Of a DNA stretch of 64,000 nucleotides, positions 1 through 15,531 are shown piece after piece; position 1 is the first letter of the stretch, and the number at the start of each line of letters is the position of its first letter. Made by a program: the position numbers and the translations under genes. The stretch covers positions 806,001 through 870,000 of the forward strand of contig MCFH01000001.1 in assembly GCA_002104945.1 (NCBI GenBank). The letters are read 5' to 3'. The notes below the pieces were generated by a model that was given only the letters and a program-made list of their open reading frames with translations, did not search any database and was not told the origin of the DNA. Source of the DNA: Piromyces finnis finn. Taxonomy: Eukaryota > Fungi > Neocallimastigomycota.

Positions 1-115
1 GATTCACTATAAATCATTAATTTTTATAATTAAAAACACATTAAAAATTAATATAACTATTTTTTAAAAAAAAAAAATTAAATGTATTTAACTATATCTT
101 ATTTTCTTTTAATGC

Positions 116-2099
116 TTACGATGGACTTTTTGGTTCATCATTCTTTTCTTTTTCTTCATTTTCAATGTCATTTTTAACATCAGTCATTTCTTGATCCTTA
201 GTTTCAACATCTGTAGTAGCCTTTGGTTGATCTTCTTCCATTGGCTTTTCACCATTTTCACTTCTGGCTGGTGAGTTTGATTTAACAGATGGAGATCTAG
301 AATTAGATCTTGAACGAGAGCGAGAACGGGTTCTAGAACGAGATCTAGAACGAGATCTAGAGTGAGAACGAGAGCGTGAGCGATTGTATGATGGAGATGC
401 TGGGGATCTTGAGCGAGATCTAGAGCGAGATGAAGATTCGGATCTAGATCTGCTTCTTGATCTAGAGCGTGGTGATTGAGAGCGAGAATATGATCTACCT
501 CTGGAATCAGAGCGAGATCTACGGCTTCTAGAGCGACGTAAGGAACGACTTCTAGATCTTCTTCTGCTTCTACGATCACGAGAGTAGGATCTAGAATCAC
601 TTCTTGATCTAGAACTACTCTTGGATCTGGATCTAGATCTGGATCTAGATCTGGATCTGGATCTTGAACGAGATCTACTTGAGTAACTTCTTGATCTAGA
701 TCTACGTGAACTTTTTATTTTAATAAAAAAATCAATATTTAATTTCACTTTCACATTTATATTTATCTATTTTTTATAATATTATATATAAAAATTGCTT
801 ACTATCTTCTTCTTGGAGAATAACTTCTACTTCTTGATCTTCTTCTTTCGTGACAATCACGTGCCCAATGTCCTTTTTATTAATAACATAAAATAATTAT
901 ATCATTAGTATTCATTTATTATTTGAAATCAATAATCTTTCTATTTAAAAGAATTATTTTATTAATTCTTTTTAAATATTATGTTATTATATTATATATT
1001 TTTTAAAATGATGTTTCTTTTTGTATTAAATTTCATATATTACCTTCTCTACCACAACGGTAACATTCATTATTATTGGTTCTTCTTGAATTACCCTTAG
1101 CCCATTCTAATAAAACATTATGAGTTTACATTGAAAATAATTTAATATGCCTCGTTATTACAAAATGTAGCAATTCATTTCATATTTTTCGAATACTTTA
1201 ATTTTATTTTTTAATTATTCTCATTAATTTATCAAAATAATACTTGCCTACAACCATTTTACTACCCTTAAGTTTAACTTTACCATTAACTTCTCTAATG
1301 GCATCTTCAGCATCTCTATTAAATTATAATTATTATTATATATTAATTGTTGTGGAAAAATGAAAATTAAAAATAATTATTTATTTTTTTACCTTTTATC
1401 TTCAAATTCAACAAAACCATAATTGACTTTTTATTAAAATTTAAATTATAGAGTTTTATAAAATTTAATAATTGAAATTTTTATATTACTTTACTAAATT
1501 ATTAATTATTGTAATTATCTTTACTTACAACTACGACCGTGCTGTTTTTACGTTTTATTGATGTATTGTTATATGTGAAATTTTAAAATTATCATACAAG
1601 TTTTCATGATCAAAATTATTATATATGTTTTTAATATCAAAGAAAATGATAAATGAAATTAGAATCGAATTTTTGTGAATTATATATACTAATTTTTGTC
1701 CCCCTTAAATTTTATTAAAACTTATTTTTTATATAATATTAACCTTTATATCACATCTTTGAATTTTTCCATATTTGTAAAACACATCTTTTTTTTTATT
1801 TTATTTTATAATTGTAGATTTTAATAAAATTGTTTATTATATATATGAATTTAAATTAGCAATTTAAATGAATTTTAATATATACATATATATATATAGA
1901 TAGATATTAATAATATAAAAATAATTATTAGTTATATATATAAATTGAATGTTAAAAGAGAGTTAATCAAAAATTTAAATTTTATATATAATTAATTTTA
2001 TTTAAATTTATTTTAAAATCTTGATCTTTTTTATAATAACAAACCTTCCAAATCGCGTGGTCTTACATCGGTTTGTAAACGACCGATAAAAAGAGCCAT
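116..2099 (-). CDS. SR splicing factor with RRM + CCHC zinc knuckle + long RS domain (SRSF7/9G8/RSZ-like), 8 exons, ~313 aa
   Basis: Exons (minus): 2045-2099, 1744-1787, 1529-1541, 1393-1426, 1248-1315, 1044-1106, 803-872, 116-710; sum 942 nt, in frame. Translation: MALFIGRL...YGKIQRCDIK-HGRSF-NYGFVEFEDKRDAEDA...VVEWAKG (RNP2/RNP1), CYRCGREGHWARDC (zinc knuckle), then RS repeats. Intron 1107-1247 is GC-AG. Confidence 0.92.
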
Positions 2100-3486
2100 T
2101 TTTTCTTATTCTTTCTTTTTTTATAATTATATATATTTATAACTATTCACTAATTAATTCGGTTTATTCCTTTCTTTTATTTTTTAAAAAAAAGGAATTA
2201 ATATATAATTATATGTATAATAAAAAAAAAGGTTTTATTAACAAAAAAAGAAAAAAAAGAAAAAAATTATAAATATATAAATATAAAAAAAAAATTTTTT
2301 TTAAATATAAACTTTATTTTTTAATATTAATTTCTTACATTTCTTTTACATTAATAATTTTTTTTAATTTAATAATGACATTTATCATTAATTACATTAA
2401 TGTTACATAAATGTTACATTATATAGTTAAAAAAAAAATATAAATATTTAATGTATATATATATAATAAGAATATATTTAATATATCATTAATAGAAATA
2501 TTAAATAGGTTTCATCGTGCTTAATAATAATAATAAAAGTGATGATTCATTTTATTATTAAAAAAAAAAAACGGAAAAAATAATATGTATTAAAATGTAA
2601 ATGAAAATAAAAATAGACCAATCAAATGAATAAAGGCTAATAAATAGCAAATCATAAACCAATTAATAAATAATGTAGGAGAAGGTTAGAGAAAATGTAA
2701 AAAAAAAAGTAAATATAGTTTATAATGGTAAAAGACGAAATAAGGTTCGGTTAATTAATAATAAAATAGTTTATTATATAAAAAAAATCACTTTTTATTA
2801 TTATATACCCTTAAAATAATTTTAAAAGAAAGAATAATATTATTAAAATCAAAATTACCATTTTTCTTTGGTAATTCTGACTCATTCCTTAAAAAGATGT
2901 AATAAATAAATATTTAGAAATAAAAGCCACATAATATACATTTTTGATAGAACAACTTTATCACAAAAATGTAATATTTATTTAGCTCATTGATTTTCGC
3001 CAAATTTATAATGTATCATAAAACATTAATATAAATTCTGTTAATAAGTATAATTAAAAAAAATACAGAAAAAAAATTGAACTTAAAATGAAAAAAAAAA
3101 AAAGGACTCTTCCTTTACCCATTATCTTATCCTTTTTTACACTTTTAAAATGACATGAAAAAGGATTTCTTCAATAATATGTTTGAAATTGAGATATTTA
3201 TTTAATAATAATATATATATAATATTCTTTTATTTATTTACTATTTTCCATAATTTTTCACTGATATATAATATACTTTTTATTTAAACGATTCTAAATT
3301 TAATACAATAAATAATTAATAAACATTTAAACTTTTGAATAATAAAAAGAAAAGTTTTTTTTTTTTTTTTTTTTTGTTTTTTTTTTTGAAATGAAATAAA
3401 ATAGCTTTTTTGATATTGAAAAAAAAAATAGAAATATAAAAAAAAAAAAATACTGAAATGATAAATAAATATACATTATGTTACAT

Positions 3487-6097
3487 TTATCCTATGACGT
3501 ATAGATATTTATTATATCTTTTATATTTGTTTTTAATATAAATATCTAATAATTTATATTATTTGATGAGAAACCTATACATTAAATATAATAATATGTT
3601 AATATGTTTTTTTTTTTTTTTTTTTAGTATTACCTATATTTAAATTTAATAAATATAATTAAATTAGTAGATTCTTACCATTATATTTTGTATTATTATT
3701 AATTTGATTAATTCCTTTATCATTATAATTTGGTTCATTATTATTAATGGACATATTATTATTATCTATCCAATTCGAATAATTTTGGTAGATTATTGGC
3801 TGCTTTTTTTAAATTCATCATAATCATTCAAAAGAAAATATAAAAATAAATAAGGATTAAAATTTTATTTAAAAAAAATGTTTAATTATCAGCATAATTA
3901 GATAGTCATACATTTGTATTAGGAGAATAATCAGATAGGTTGTTATAGGAAGAATTATGGATTTGCTCTGGTAATGAATTATTATATGGAATAGTAGGAT
4001 TCATATTGGAATTATCATAAATATTGGCATAAGTTGTTGACGCGATTGAAGAAGAAATAGGTGGTATTGGTGAAAATTGGTTAATGGTTTGTTGTGGAGT
4101 TTGTGTATTCTTTTTTATCGATTTATTAATATTGGAATATTGAACTTGAAATCCTATATCAGCAATACATTATATATATAATAAAATATTTAAAAATCAT
4201 ATATATATTAATTATAGAAATTATAATAATTAAAAAAAAAATTTTAAATATTTACCTTGCTGGTAACATTCATTTCTTGATTGATTGTAATATGTGGACT
4301 CATTACCATTGTAGGTGAACCCTTTGTCAGGAGAATGGATTATATAATCTAAATCACATGGATTCATATAATTATTATTGTGATTAATATTTTGTGGAAT
4401 ATTATGTTGGATGTTTTGAGGAATGTTATGTTGAATATTTTGTGGAATATTTTGTGAAATGTTATGTTGAATGTTATGTTGAATGGTTTGTGGTATGTTT
4501 TGTGAAATAGTATGAGATATATTTTGTGATAGGTTATGAGGAGGAATATTATTATCAATATCTTGTTTCATATTTTCATGGATATTTTGAGAAATATTTT
4601 GTGTAAAGGGTTGCTGTTGTATACCATTATTTGTTGTAATAGTCATAGTCTCCATTGGTAATTTAGTTAGATTATTTTGTTCTATTGTGTTATTATCAAT
4701 ATAATGAGTAATATAATGATTTGAAGGCATTGAATTTTGATAATAATCACTGATAACACCAGAATATTTATTTGAAATATAATCATCATCCGCATATTTA
4801 TCTTTAATTCTCATATAAGGTTCAAATTTTCCTTCAAGTTCTAATTGACTTTCTTTCTTTAAATATTTTGATGGATCGTCCTCTAATATAATATTAATTT
4901 CAGGAGTAATTTTATGTTTTTCTGTAATTAATCTTGCACGAGATAAAGGAATCCTTTTTTTTTGGGGGGGAAGGAGAGGAGAAGTAATAATATATACAAT
5001 ATTTTATTTAAAAAATATTATTATTAACTAATAATAAACTATAACAATATATCTATTAAATATATATATATAAAAAGGTATGGCTTACCAAACTCCTTTT
5101 AAATTTAATGGACCGTGTTTAATAACATTTCTTTCTTTTTCATTTTTCAAAATACCATCTCTTCTACCACGAGTTAATCCTCCAATATTTAATAATTTAG
5201 TTCCATTAACAGTATGGTTATCAATTCTTCTTGAAAGTGTTTTACTGCCAATCTTTAATTGAAAAACATATGTTTGTTTATCTTCCCATGGAATAAGAAT
5301 TAATTTTGGTTCTGGTTGCATATCTTTTTTTATTCTTTTTATAATGGTCTCATCTAAAATTATTTTTTGGAAAAAAAATAATAATAGAGATAAATAGATA
5401 AATAGATTTAAATGTTATTTATTCATGCATTTATATATAGTTATAAAATTATTTAATAGCATTTAAAAAAATTTTATCTCATATTATATTTTTTATATTT
5501 ACCACTCATTGAAATTAAAGAATGGTTTGGATTAAAAGATTGGGGTATAGAGGAATAAGGCGTTTTATATAATCCATAATTTTCTTGATCTTCCATTTCA
5601 TTAGGATTTTTTATCATAGGATTATTATTTGGATTTTGATTAAATCCATTTGAAGTATTGTATGTATTGTTTTGGTTCATTTGTTCATTACTTTCATTAT
5701 AAAAATATGTATAATTATTGGTATTGTACTGTGATTGTAAATCTGATAAATTTTGATTATAAACATTATTGATATTTGATGAATTATAATTTGTGCTATT
5801 ACGATTTTGAGGATAAAAGTTAGATGAAGAAGATCTTTGATTATTATCAATATTGCTTCTGTTAACATTATTACTATTTATATAATTATTATTTATGGCA
5901 ATATTTGCATTGATATTATTGTGGTTATTATTATGATTATTATCATTATTACTACTGTTATTATTAGTATTAATATTATTGTTGTTGTTGTTTTTATTAT
6001 TAATAATATTGTTGCTACTATTATTATTATTGTTTTTATTACTATTATTATTATTATTATTATTGCTGTTGTTGATATTATTATTATTATTATTATT

Positions 6098-6133
<36 letters not shown>

Positions 6134-6514
6134 GATATTACTATTATTATTATCATTGTTGTTGTTATTGTTATTATTAATATTTTGCTTCATTTGATGA
6201 TCATTATTATAGTTTATGCCATTGAAATTATATGATGAATTATTATTTACATTATTTTCAATAATGCTTGTTGGATTAACCTCACTATTATAATGATTAT
6301 GAAGTTGTGATGATGGAATAATGCTTTTATTGCCCAAGTTATTAAAAGGAATCTGATTTCCTTGATTTGATTCATACATATTTGAAATAGATTGTGAAAA
6401 ATGAGTTTTATTGTTATTTATTGCCATTTGTTCTTTACCAAGAATTAACTGTTGTTGATCATTTAATTGAGAATGATTTATATTATTTGATTGCTGTAGT
6501 GGTGGTATAACTAT

Positions 6515-6559
<45 letters not shown>

Positions 6560-6705
6560 AAAAATTTGATATATAATTATTAAATATAGCTAGGATCAAA
6601 TAATTAATATTTTTTTCTTAAAAAATATTTACAATTCCTATTTTTATTATTGGGATCATTATTACATTTATCTTTAATATAAGGGTGATTGTTCATTTCT
6701 TTCTG

Positions 6706-6747
<42 letters not shown>

Positions 6748-8640
6748 GCTTTTGTTGCTACTACACCTATTATTATTATTATTATTATCATTATTATTAC
6801 TTATTTTTCCTGTTTTTACTTTTTCATCGAAACTTTGAAAAGATGAATCTAATTTGTTAAGAAAATCATAAACAAAAATAAAGGGTTTGTTTATTAATAG
6901 AAAAAAAAAAGTTTTTGGCTTGGTTAAATCTTAATTATACTTACGATTTAGAGTAGAATCTGAAAAAGAACTATCTGGTGCTGGCATATTAAAAGTTAAA
7001 GAAGATGATGTATTTATATAAGATGTTCTAAAATCTTCAGTTTGAGAAACATTAGGATTTTTAATATTATCTATGGGGTATCTTGAAATATTGGATAATG
7101 AATTTTGTATGGTGGATGATGATAAGTTAGTTTCATTAGAATATAATGATGATTGCTTAAATTGATTTGAAGAGGATGTGGAAGTAATGTTTGATGAATT
7201 CATTGATTTTTCTTTTGAATCTAATACAGTGGAAGATTCTGGTGTAATAATTGGAATAGACAATAGTTTATTCATAGCTCTGGTCTTATGATAATCTACA
7301 GACGACATTGTACTGCTACTTGAACTACTATTTCTAATATTATTTGAATTGGAAGACTTCTTTTCATCATTACAGTTATTTTCGGAAATTGTATCTGATT
7401 TTAAAATGGCTTCTTTATAATTTGAATTTCCAAGCCCATCGTCATTACATCGTTTGTTGGTAGGAGTTGAATTAACAGAAGAACATGGCGTTGGTAAACA
7501 ATTAATAGAATCATTACTATCATCATTGCTATGAAAAGGAGTGTTATTTGCATTGCTAGTTAAAGTTTTTAATAATACAGAATTCACTGATGGTTTATGT
7601 ATTGATAATGTTGCATTTGCATTAATATTATCACTAAAATTTTCACCATTATTATTTTTATTATTTTTATTATGATTAATATCATTATTAGTGTTGTTGC
7701 TGCTATCATTAATATTAATGCTATTGTTGTTGTTGTTGTTGTTGCTGCTCATTAATAAGGATGATGTGGTAGAAGAATCTGTATTCTCTCTTTCTGGTTG
7801 AGAAAATTTACTTTTGGATAGATGATTTATGTCTTGTTCCGATACTGCTGATATATCTTTGTAAGAGCCAGAAAAACTTGATACTTTATAGGTAGGTGAC
7901 GAGAATGAGTGTTTAAGACTACTAATAGATAATGAACTTATGTATTTATTTTTACTTAAACTTTCTGTATAATTTTGGTTTGATTGAATTCTTGATGAAG
8001 CATTCTTTGATGGGGAATAATGATCCGGATTTTTATATGGTAATTTCTTATTTTCCTCAGGATTAAAATAGTCTTTATTTTGATTCATTGAATTATTGGG
8101 TAAAGACATCCTTGATGAAGAAGATAAAACATTTTTTGTATCTTTTTCTTCTGCTAGTGTTGGACAAGATAATATATCTTCTTTATTTTTGGTTTCTTTA
8201 CCAACATAAAATTTAGCGTTTGTTTCATTATCTGAATTTAATAACTTTGATAATGATCCAGGTGACGGTTGGTGTTCTTGATGCGGTTGACCATTTGAAA
8301 TTTTTTGACTCTTTATAGAATATGAATTATGGGTATTTGGATCATCGAAGGTTTTATCCTTTTCCAAATGTATCCTTTTATTTTCGGATGTGTTATAGAT
8401 TGGATTACTTTTACTTCTCTTGTGAGAACGTATATCACTATCTTCATAATTCATATTATTATTATTTGTATTATTATATTTTATGTTCTCATCGGTATAA
8501 CTCATTAAAGTATTAGTATCAATATTTGGTTGGGCATGGCCGGTTTTAAAACTAGCAGTAGTATTTACATTTTCCTTATCCTGTAAATTCAAAGAAGAAC
8601 CATCATTGGCATTTTTATATGTTGTATTTTGTCTACTCAT
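3487..8640 (-). CDS. stuA: APSES-domain transcription factor of the StuA/Efg1/Sok2 type with very long Asn/Ser/Gln-rich regions, ~1400 aa
   Basis: Exons 6945-8640, 6633-6848, 5503-6510, 5089-5353, 4256-4953, 3912-4153, 3679-3802 and a tentative 3487-3491; phases are consistent. Domain WEDKQTYVFQ...RRIDNHTVNGTKLLNIGGLTRGRRDGILKNEKERNVIKHGPLNLKGVW|IPLSRA matches the StuA APSES consensus. The last exon and stop codon are uncertain. Confidence 0.88.
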
Positions 8641-11023
8641 TTATTCGTTTCTTATTGGTATTAATTATTTTTTTATTTTTATTAATTTTTTTTTATTATT
8701 ATTTAATTATTATTGGTAATGTTTAATAAACACAAATTGAATATTTATATGTATATATTTTTTTTCTGAAATTATATGTTGAAGAAACACAAATTAGATA
8801 TATTTATCGTTTAATACTTATTAAATTCTCTATACTATATCGATTTTTCTCTAGGTACTGTATTAATGATTATTTTAATTTAAAATTTTTTGAGAATATT
8901 GATAGTATATATGATAAAATATTATAATAATAATATAATGAAGTAAATTAGTCATATTACATTTCATAAAGATATTGATTATTGATTATATTGAAAAATA
9001 TAGGGAATTAAAGCTGTTATATTTTTTATTGTATAATAATTCAAATAATTTATTTTTTGTATATTTGTATAAATTATTCAATATATATATTGAATAATTT
9101 AGTAGTTGAAAGCTAATAAACTATAGGTATAATAAAGTAGAATATAACAATAATGTTGCTTACTTTAAAATATTTATTATATTTGAAAGTTGTTGTTTTT
9201 TTTTTTATCACTTTTTGATAATTATAATTTTATCTTTATATATATATATATAAAGTTTTATATATATAATATTGAATGTTTGTATTATTTTATTTATCAT
9301 ATACTTTCATAAATTTATATATAAATAATAAAAAATATTTTAAATAAAATAAAGGAAAAGATATGAATAAAAGATAATATAAAACTAAATTAAAAATATA
9401 AAATTGAAATTAAAAAAAAAAATGAAAAAAAAAAAAAAAAAAAAATGAAACTGACAATTGTGTAATATTATTTCCATGAAATAATTTTTTAAATTTTTAA
9501 TTATGAATTATTTAAATATAATTTTTTTACAAAAGTTTTTTATAATTAAATTTCGAAGAATTAAAGTATAATATAAAGATTTCATATATTAACAATGTAT
9601 TGATAATATACTAAATTCAATTATTTGTATTTAAATTTAATTTTAAATTTACTATTTAATTAAATGAGGTGTATTATCCATCAATTCATATATAATTATA
9701 TAAAAAAATAATAGTAATTAATTGTAATAACTTTATGGTATTATCATTTATCCTCATTAATACAGTACATTCAATACATTTAATTCTATGTGATAATAAT
9801 ATATTATAAAGTATAAATGGTAATTACTATTTATTAAACTCTCAACCCCTTATATTTATTATAAAATTTTAAATATTTTTTTTTTCTGAAAAAAAAAATT
9901 GATGAATTTGAATAAAATTGAAATTCATATATTTTAATTTTGATTATTAATTAGTAGTTAAAGATTATCATTGAGTTTTCTTTAATATAAACAACATTAC
10001 TATTGATTTAATAAAAAAAAATAAATAAATAAATTCTAAATTATTATATTTTTAACTAATATTATTTTGTATATTGTAATTATTGTAATTGATATATATT
10101 AAATTGAATTAAAAAGTATTTTAAAAATATTCACATTATTGCCATTATCAATAATATATATAAATTTTGTTTGGTTGGTTGGTATTTCTTTTTTTTTTTA
10201 ATTTCATTTTATTTCTTGCTTGTTTTGTTTATAATATTTTTTAAATATTCATATTTAATTTTAAATTATTGACCTTTACTACTTTTTATATTTTTTTCAA
10301 AATAATCAATCATTTTTAAAAAAAATATATTGTTTTTCTTTACCTTTATATTTTTTCTATTCTACAGATATGAAAGGAAAGGAATAGATTTTCTTCTAAA
10401 ATTCTATAAAAATATTTATTGAAAAAAAAAAAATGTATATATATAATTTAATTTTATAGAAATAATAATAAATAGAAAAAATGAAAAAAATGAAATTAAA
10501 AAATTAAAAAATCATTTTTTAATAAAAAAAAAAACTAATTTTATATAAATTATTCAATTTAATTTATGTATGGAACTCTATGTCCAAAGAATAATATATA
10601 TTCATCTTAAAAGTTACAGTTTAAATCATAATAAGGTGTTTTTTTTTTTTTTCATTCATAATGATTATATAATATACTAAATTTACATTAATTTCTTGTC
10701 AGTACTTTATATTTTGTGTAAATTGTTGTTTATTTTAAGCAATCTTTATCACTCTAATAGTCATTTTTATTAATTCTTAATTAATAAAATATTTATATTT
10801 TACTATTTCCTGAGAATGAGAATATTTTATTATCAAATAATTGAAATAAATGAGATATTCATTAATAAGAAATAAGAATAAAACCTAATTATATATAATT
10901 CTATTATTCCATAAATTTTATATATAATTTAAATATTTATCTAAAATACTATAAACCTTTGATATTAAAATAAGTTTTATATCAATAATTATCATTATAT
11001 TGATAATGAATAAAATGAAGCAT

Positions 11024-11064
<41 letters not shown>

Positions 11065-11121
11065 AACTTTTTAATGTATTAAAATAAATGAATGGTAAAT
11101 ATATGATATAATGTAAAAAGT

Positions 11122-11161
<40 letters not shown>

Positions 11162-14100
11162 ATAACAATAATACTAAAATATCAAAGACTATATCTTAAA
11201 TAAATACTAATTGATTGCAAGTACCATCATTCAGTTTTAAAAAAAAAAAAAAAAAAAAAGGTTCATTAATATATTCATAATAAGGAAATTTATTTAATTC
11301 AAATGCAAGTATCAAATTATAGTATTATTTAAATGTATTTAATTAAATATATTCAATATATATAAATAAAGTTTTATATATATAAATGATTAAATATATA
11401 ATGCTAAATAGAATAAAAATATATTATAATAATTTTTGTAATAAACTAAATTGATATGGATGATTATATGGATGATCCATCAATAAAATTTATAGGATAT
11501 ACATTATTTTCATAATGATAATGATTGGTTAAAATGATTATATATAATGTAGAACGTAGAAGGTAAACCATAATTTTTCTAAATAGCACATTTATTTTTT
11601 AAAAATATAAATTAAAAGATATGAAAACTTTAGAATAAGTCTGTTAAAAATTTGTAGTGTAATCAGGTTTTTGTCAGATTATACCTATAATAGTAAAAAA
11701 ATAAAAAAAATAAATTATTTATTAATAAATTTAATTATACACTTTAATATATTTAATTATATATTGAGATTATAATGTATTATATATAATCAATAAAAAA
11801 ATTTTCTCATATAATTACCGAAAATAGAGTATATTAAAAAGATCCTTTCCGTATTAATCACAAGAATTATAAAAAAAAAATGTGAATTTTTATATAATGT
11901 TTAGTATTGTTATTACCTTAGAATAAATGAATGATAAATATTCAAATGTGTTAAAATAAGATATATATTAGTAATAATGTATTAATAGAATATTAAAAAT
12001 TTAGTTTATATACATTTTATATTGTATCATTATTTCCTTTTTTATTCAATGAATCATTTTTTTTAGTCAACTCTACTTAAATATTTAAAAGTAAAAACAT
12101 ATATATTAATGTTAAATCTGGAAAAATAAAAGAAAATAAAAAGATGAACTAATTAAAATTTTAACATTAATATATATCCTGTATTTTTTTTTTTTTTAAT
12201 GTATAATTTAATTTTATAGTATTTTATTTCTTTTAATCTCAGATAATAAATTATAAATTACAATAAATATTATCTTTTTTTTTTTTATCTTCTTTTTGTT
12301 TTTCTTTTTTATTTCAATTGTTTTATTTGTTATATTTTATTAATAAGTATATAATAATTGATTATTACATAATAATAAATGTTTATATATATATATTATA
12401 TATAAAGATAAATTACTTATATATTATATAAAACGATACTTTATGAATTATTAAATTATTTTGTATTAAACTTTTCTTTACAATATCAAAATTTAATTAA
12501 TATTTATGTTAATATTTGCTACAGGATATAATAATAACTATGCAATAAAAATTCTTATTTGTTGTAATTGTAATATTAACAAATTCTATATCAGTCCTTA
12601 TTAATAATAGAATATAATGAAAGTAACAATTATATTTCAATTAGATCTTCGCTACTCCAAATATTTAATACTATTTTAGATGAATGTGGTAATACTGAAT
12701 AGAATTTTGACAACAATTAAATAGAGTTTAACATCATTTCCAATATACCTCACACACAATAATAAAACAAACTTTTTATTCATTGAAAAAAAAAGCTATA
12801 TATAATATTAATATATGATCTTAATATATTAAAAATATATAAAAATTCAATGTTTGTGGCTTATTTAATCAAGTAGAGATATAAAACATATTTAATATTA
12901 TTGAAAGAAAAGAAAAAATAATTAAAAAAAAAAAAGAAAGAAAGAAAAAATAACCAAGAAAAAAAGTAATTAAAATGGAGTGAACTTTATTAATAATAAA
13001 AAATAAAAAATAATTCAATTATAACTACTTAAAAGTAGGAGTTGATATATTAAAAAAAAAAAAAAAAAAAGGATTTCATAATTATATGCACATTGATAGG
13101 GGAAAAAAAATATTTACTATTATATTTAAATATTTGAATATCTCCACACTAGAAAATTTATATAAAATTAATTAATTATAAAGACTTTCTATAGGCATCC
13201 CTTCAAAATATGTTTTTTCATAATAAATAAATATATATATATTTAAATACATTGTAAAATTAAAATATTAGTATTGTAATATCAGGTCATGTCAAAATAT
13301 TAAAAAATAATAGAATAATTCTACTAATAATACGCCACATATTTTTCAATTGTTCTACTATTGATATAAAAAATAAAACTTTACAATTCTTCATTACATT
13401 CTATTTGTATTGCACAGTATGTTAACATTATAAAGTTAAATATAATATATTTTGTTTAAATATAATAATATTAAGAAATATATTAAAGTACAAAATACCT
13501 ATTTAAATAGGATAAATATTTTTTTTAAATTATTGATCAAATTTAATATATTATAATTTATAAGAAAAAGGGATAATGTGAATAACAAAAAAGTGTGGAT
13601 CATATAAAAAGGATATTTAATTACTGTCTCGTTAGTTATTTACTATTTATTTTTTTTATTATATATAATTAATTTTAATAACAAAAAATAATTGGAAAAA
13701 GAAAATTAGATTTATTAAATAGTATTTAATAATGAGAAAATAAGAAATTGACTTTATAATATTTATAAATTATATTTCAGCCATTTAAATATATAGTAAA
13801 AAATTATTGTGTTTTTTTATTTAAAAATAGTAAATATTCAATATTATTGTTGCTGTTTGTAATACTTATCTAGCTATGTATAATTATTTTTTTAAATGAT
13901 TTATTTGTTTTTTTCCGTTTAATATTATAATATAAAAAACAATAATAAAAATGAAATAAAGATATAATTTCAACTAATATTTTCAAAAAAAAAAAAAAAA
14001 AAAAAAATATGGATAGATAGGATACAAATCATATACTACATATTAATAATCTAAATCCTAAAAACCTATATTATTTTTTTCATAGTATTAATTTATAATA

Positions 14101-14748
14101 TTTTTTAATATTTTATTCTATGTTATATTAATTATCAAAGAATAGCTATGGCTGTTTCTTACTATAAAAATGTTTTAAAATATATATATATATTAAACAA
14201 ATTTTACTATTAATAAAAAGACAGTATTACCGATATTTTTTTTATTATATTTTATAAAAAAAATAACTTTACTCGTAAAAGAATTAGCATATGTAAAATA
14301 GATATTTAAAATTTCTATAATGGCAGTTACAAATAATTTTAATAATTTTGAAAAAAGTCTAGTAAAAAAAATTTGGTCTGGTATGAAATAATGGCACGAA
14401 AGTATACTATAAAGAGAATTGAAAATATATTTTATGTTTTTAACGATAAACATGGTTATATAATGGCAGTCTATTTGCAAGAAATGTATTTCAATTAAAT
14501 CATTTCACCAGAAAAAAAGATCTTATACTATTGAAAATTTAATGTAAAGTTCATTATTTTCAAAAATTAAGTTTTCCTAAAATAAAAATAAAAATAGTAT
14601 TTATAAAAGTATATTCATTTTTGAACCAAAAGATATATAAAATATTAAGGTGCTTTTTTATTATTTTATTTTTGTTTTAAGATTTAATAATAAAAACTAA
14701 TAATACAATTATAAATGAAATATAATCCAGTATATAGTAAAATAAAAT

Positions 14749-15044
<296 letters not shown>

Positions 15045-15500
15045 GTAAAACACTTTTATTACAATCTTTAAAGTTTTCGTTTTTCTCCTTAAAACCCTCA
15101 CGTTGTGTGAACTTGATATTTTACTTTATAATTAAAAATTTAATTTAAATTAAATTGATTCAATTAAACCACAATATATTACAATTAATTTAAATATATA
15201 TAACATATATAACATATGTCAAATTTTAAATTCAATTATACCTCAAAAAAAAAAAATATTTTAAAATTAAATTAAATTAAAATGTTTAAAATTCAATTAA
15301 TATAATAATATAAAATAATTTTATTATATTATATTATATTAATTATGTTTGTAATATATTATAAATATATTAAATTTAAATCATAGTCAAAGTTTTTATT
15401 ATTTAAATAATAAAAGATAATATTTATTTTTATATTAATGAACGTTTGATTCTAATGAAAAAGATTATGAAAATGGTTTTGTTAAAAAGTTTTACAAAAA

Positions 15501-15531
<31 letters not shown>

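Noticed and set aside
184-600. 138-aa minus-strand ORF overlapping the RS exon
   Set aside because: Alternative frame of the repetitive AGA/TCT RS coding sequence.
5677-6235. Several poly-Ile/Leu/Thr ORFs
   Set aside because: Shifted or antisense readings of the (AAT)n Asn tract in the APSES exon.
12540-12760. Slightly GC-richer patch reading ILDECGNTE*NFDNN*IEFNIISNI, vaguely like a LINE zinc-finger region
   Set aside because: Too few conserved residues and multiple stops to support by eye.
14193-14480. 95-aa minus-strand ORF with a non-ATG start
   Set aside because: AT-rich F/I/K/L composition, no motif and no splice support.
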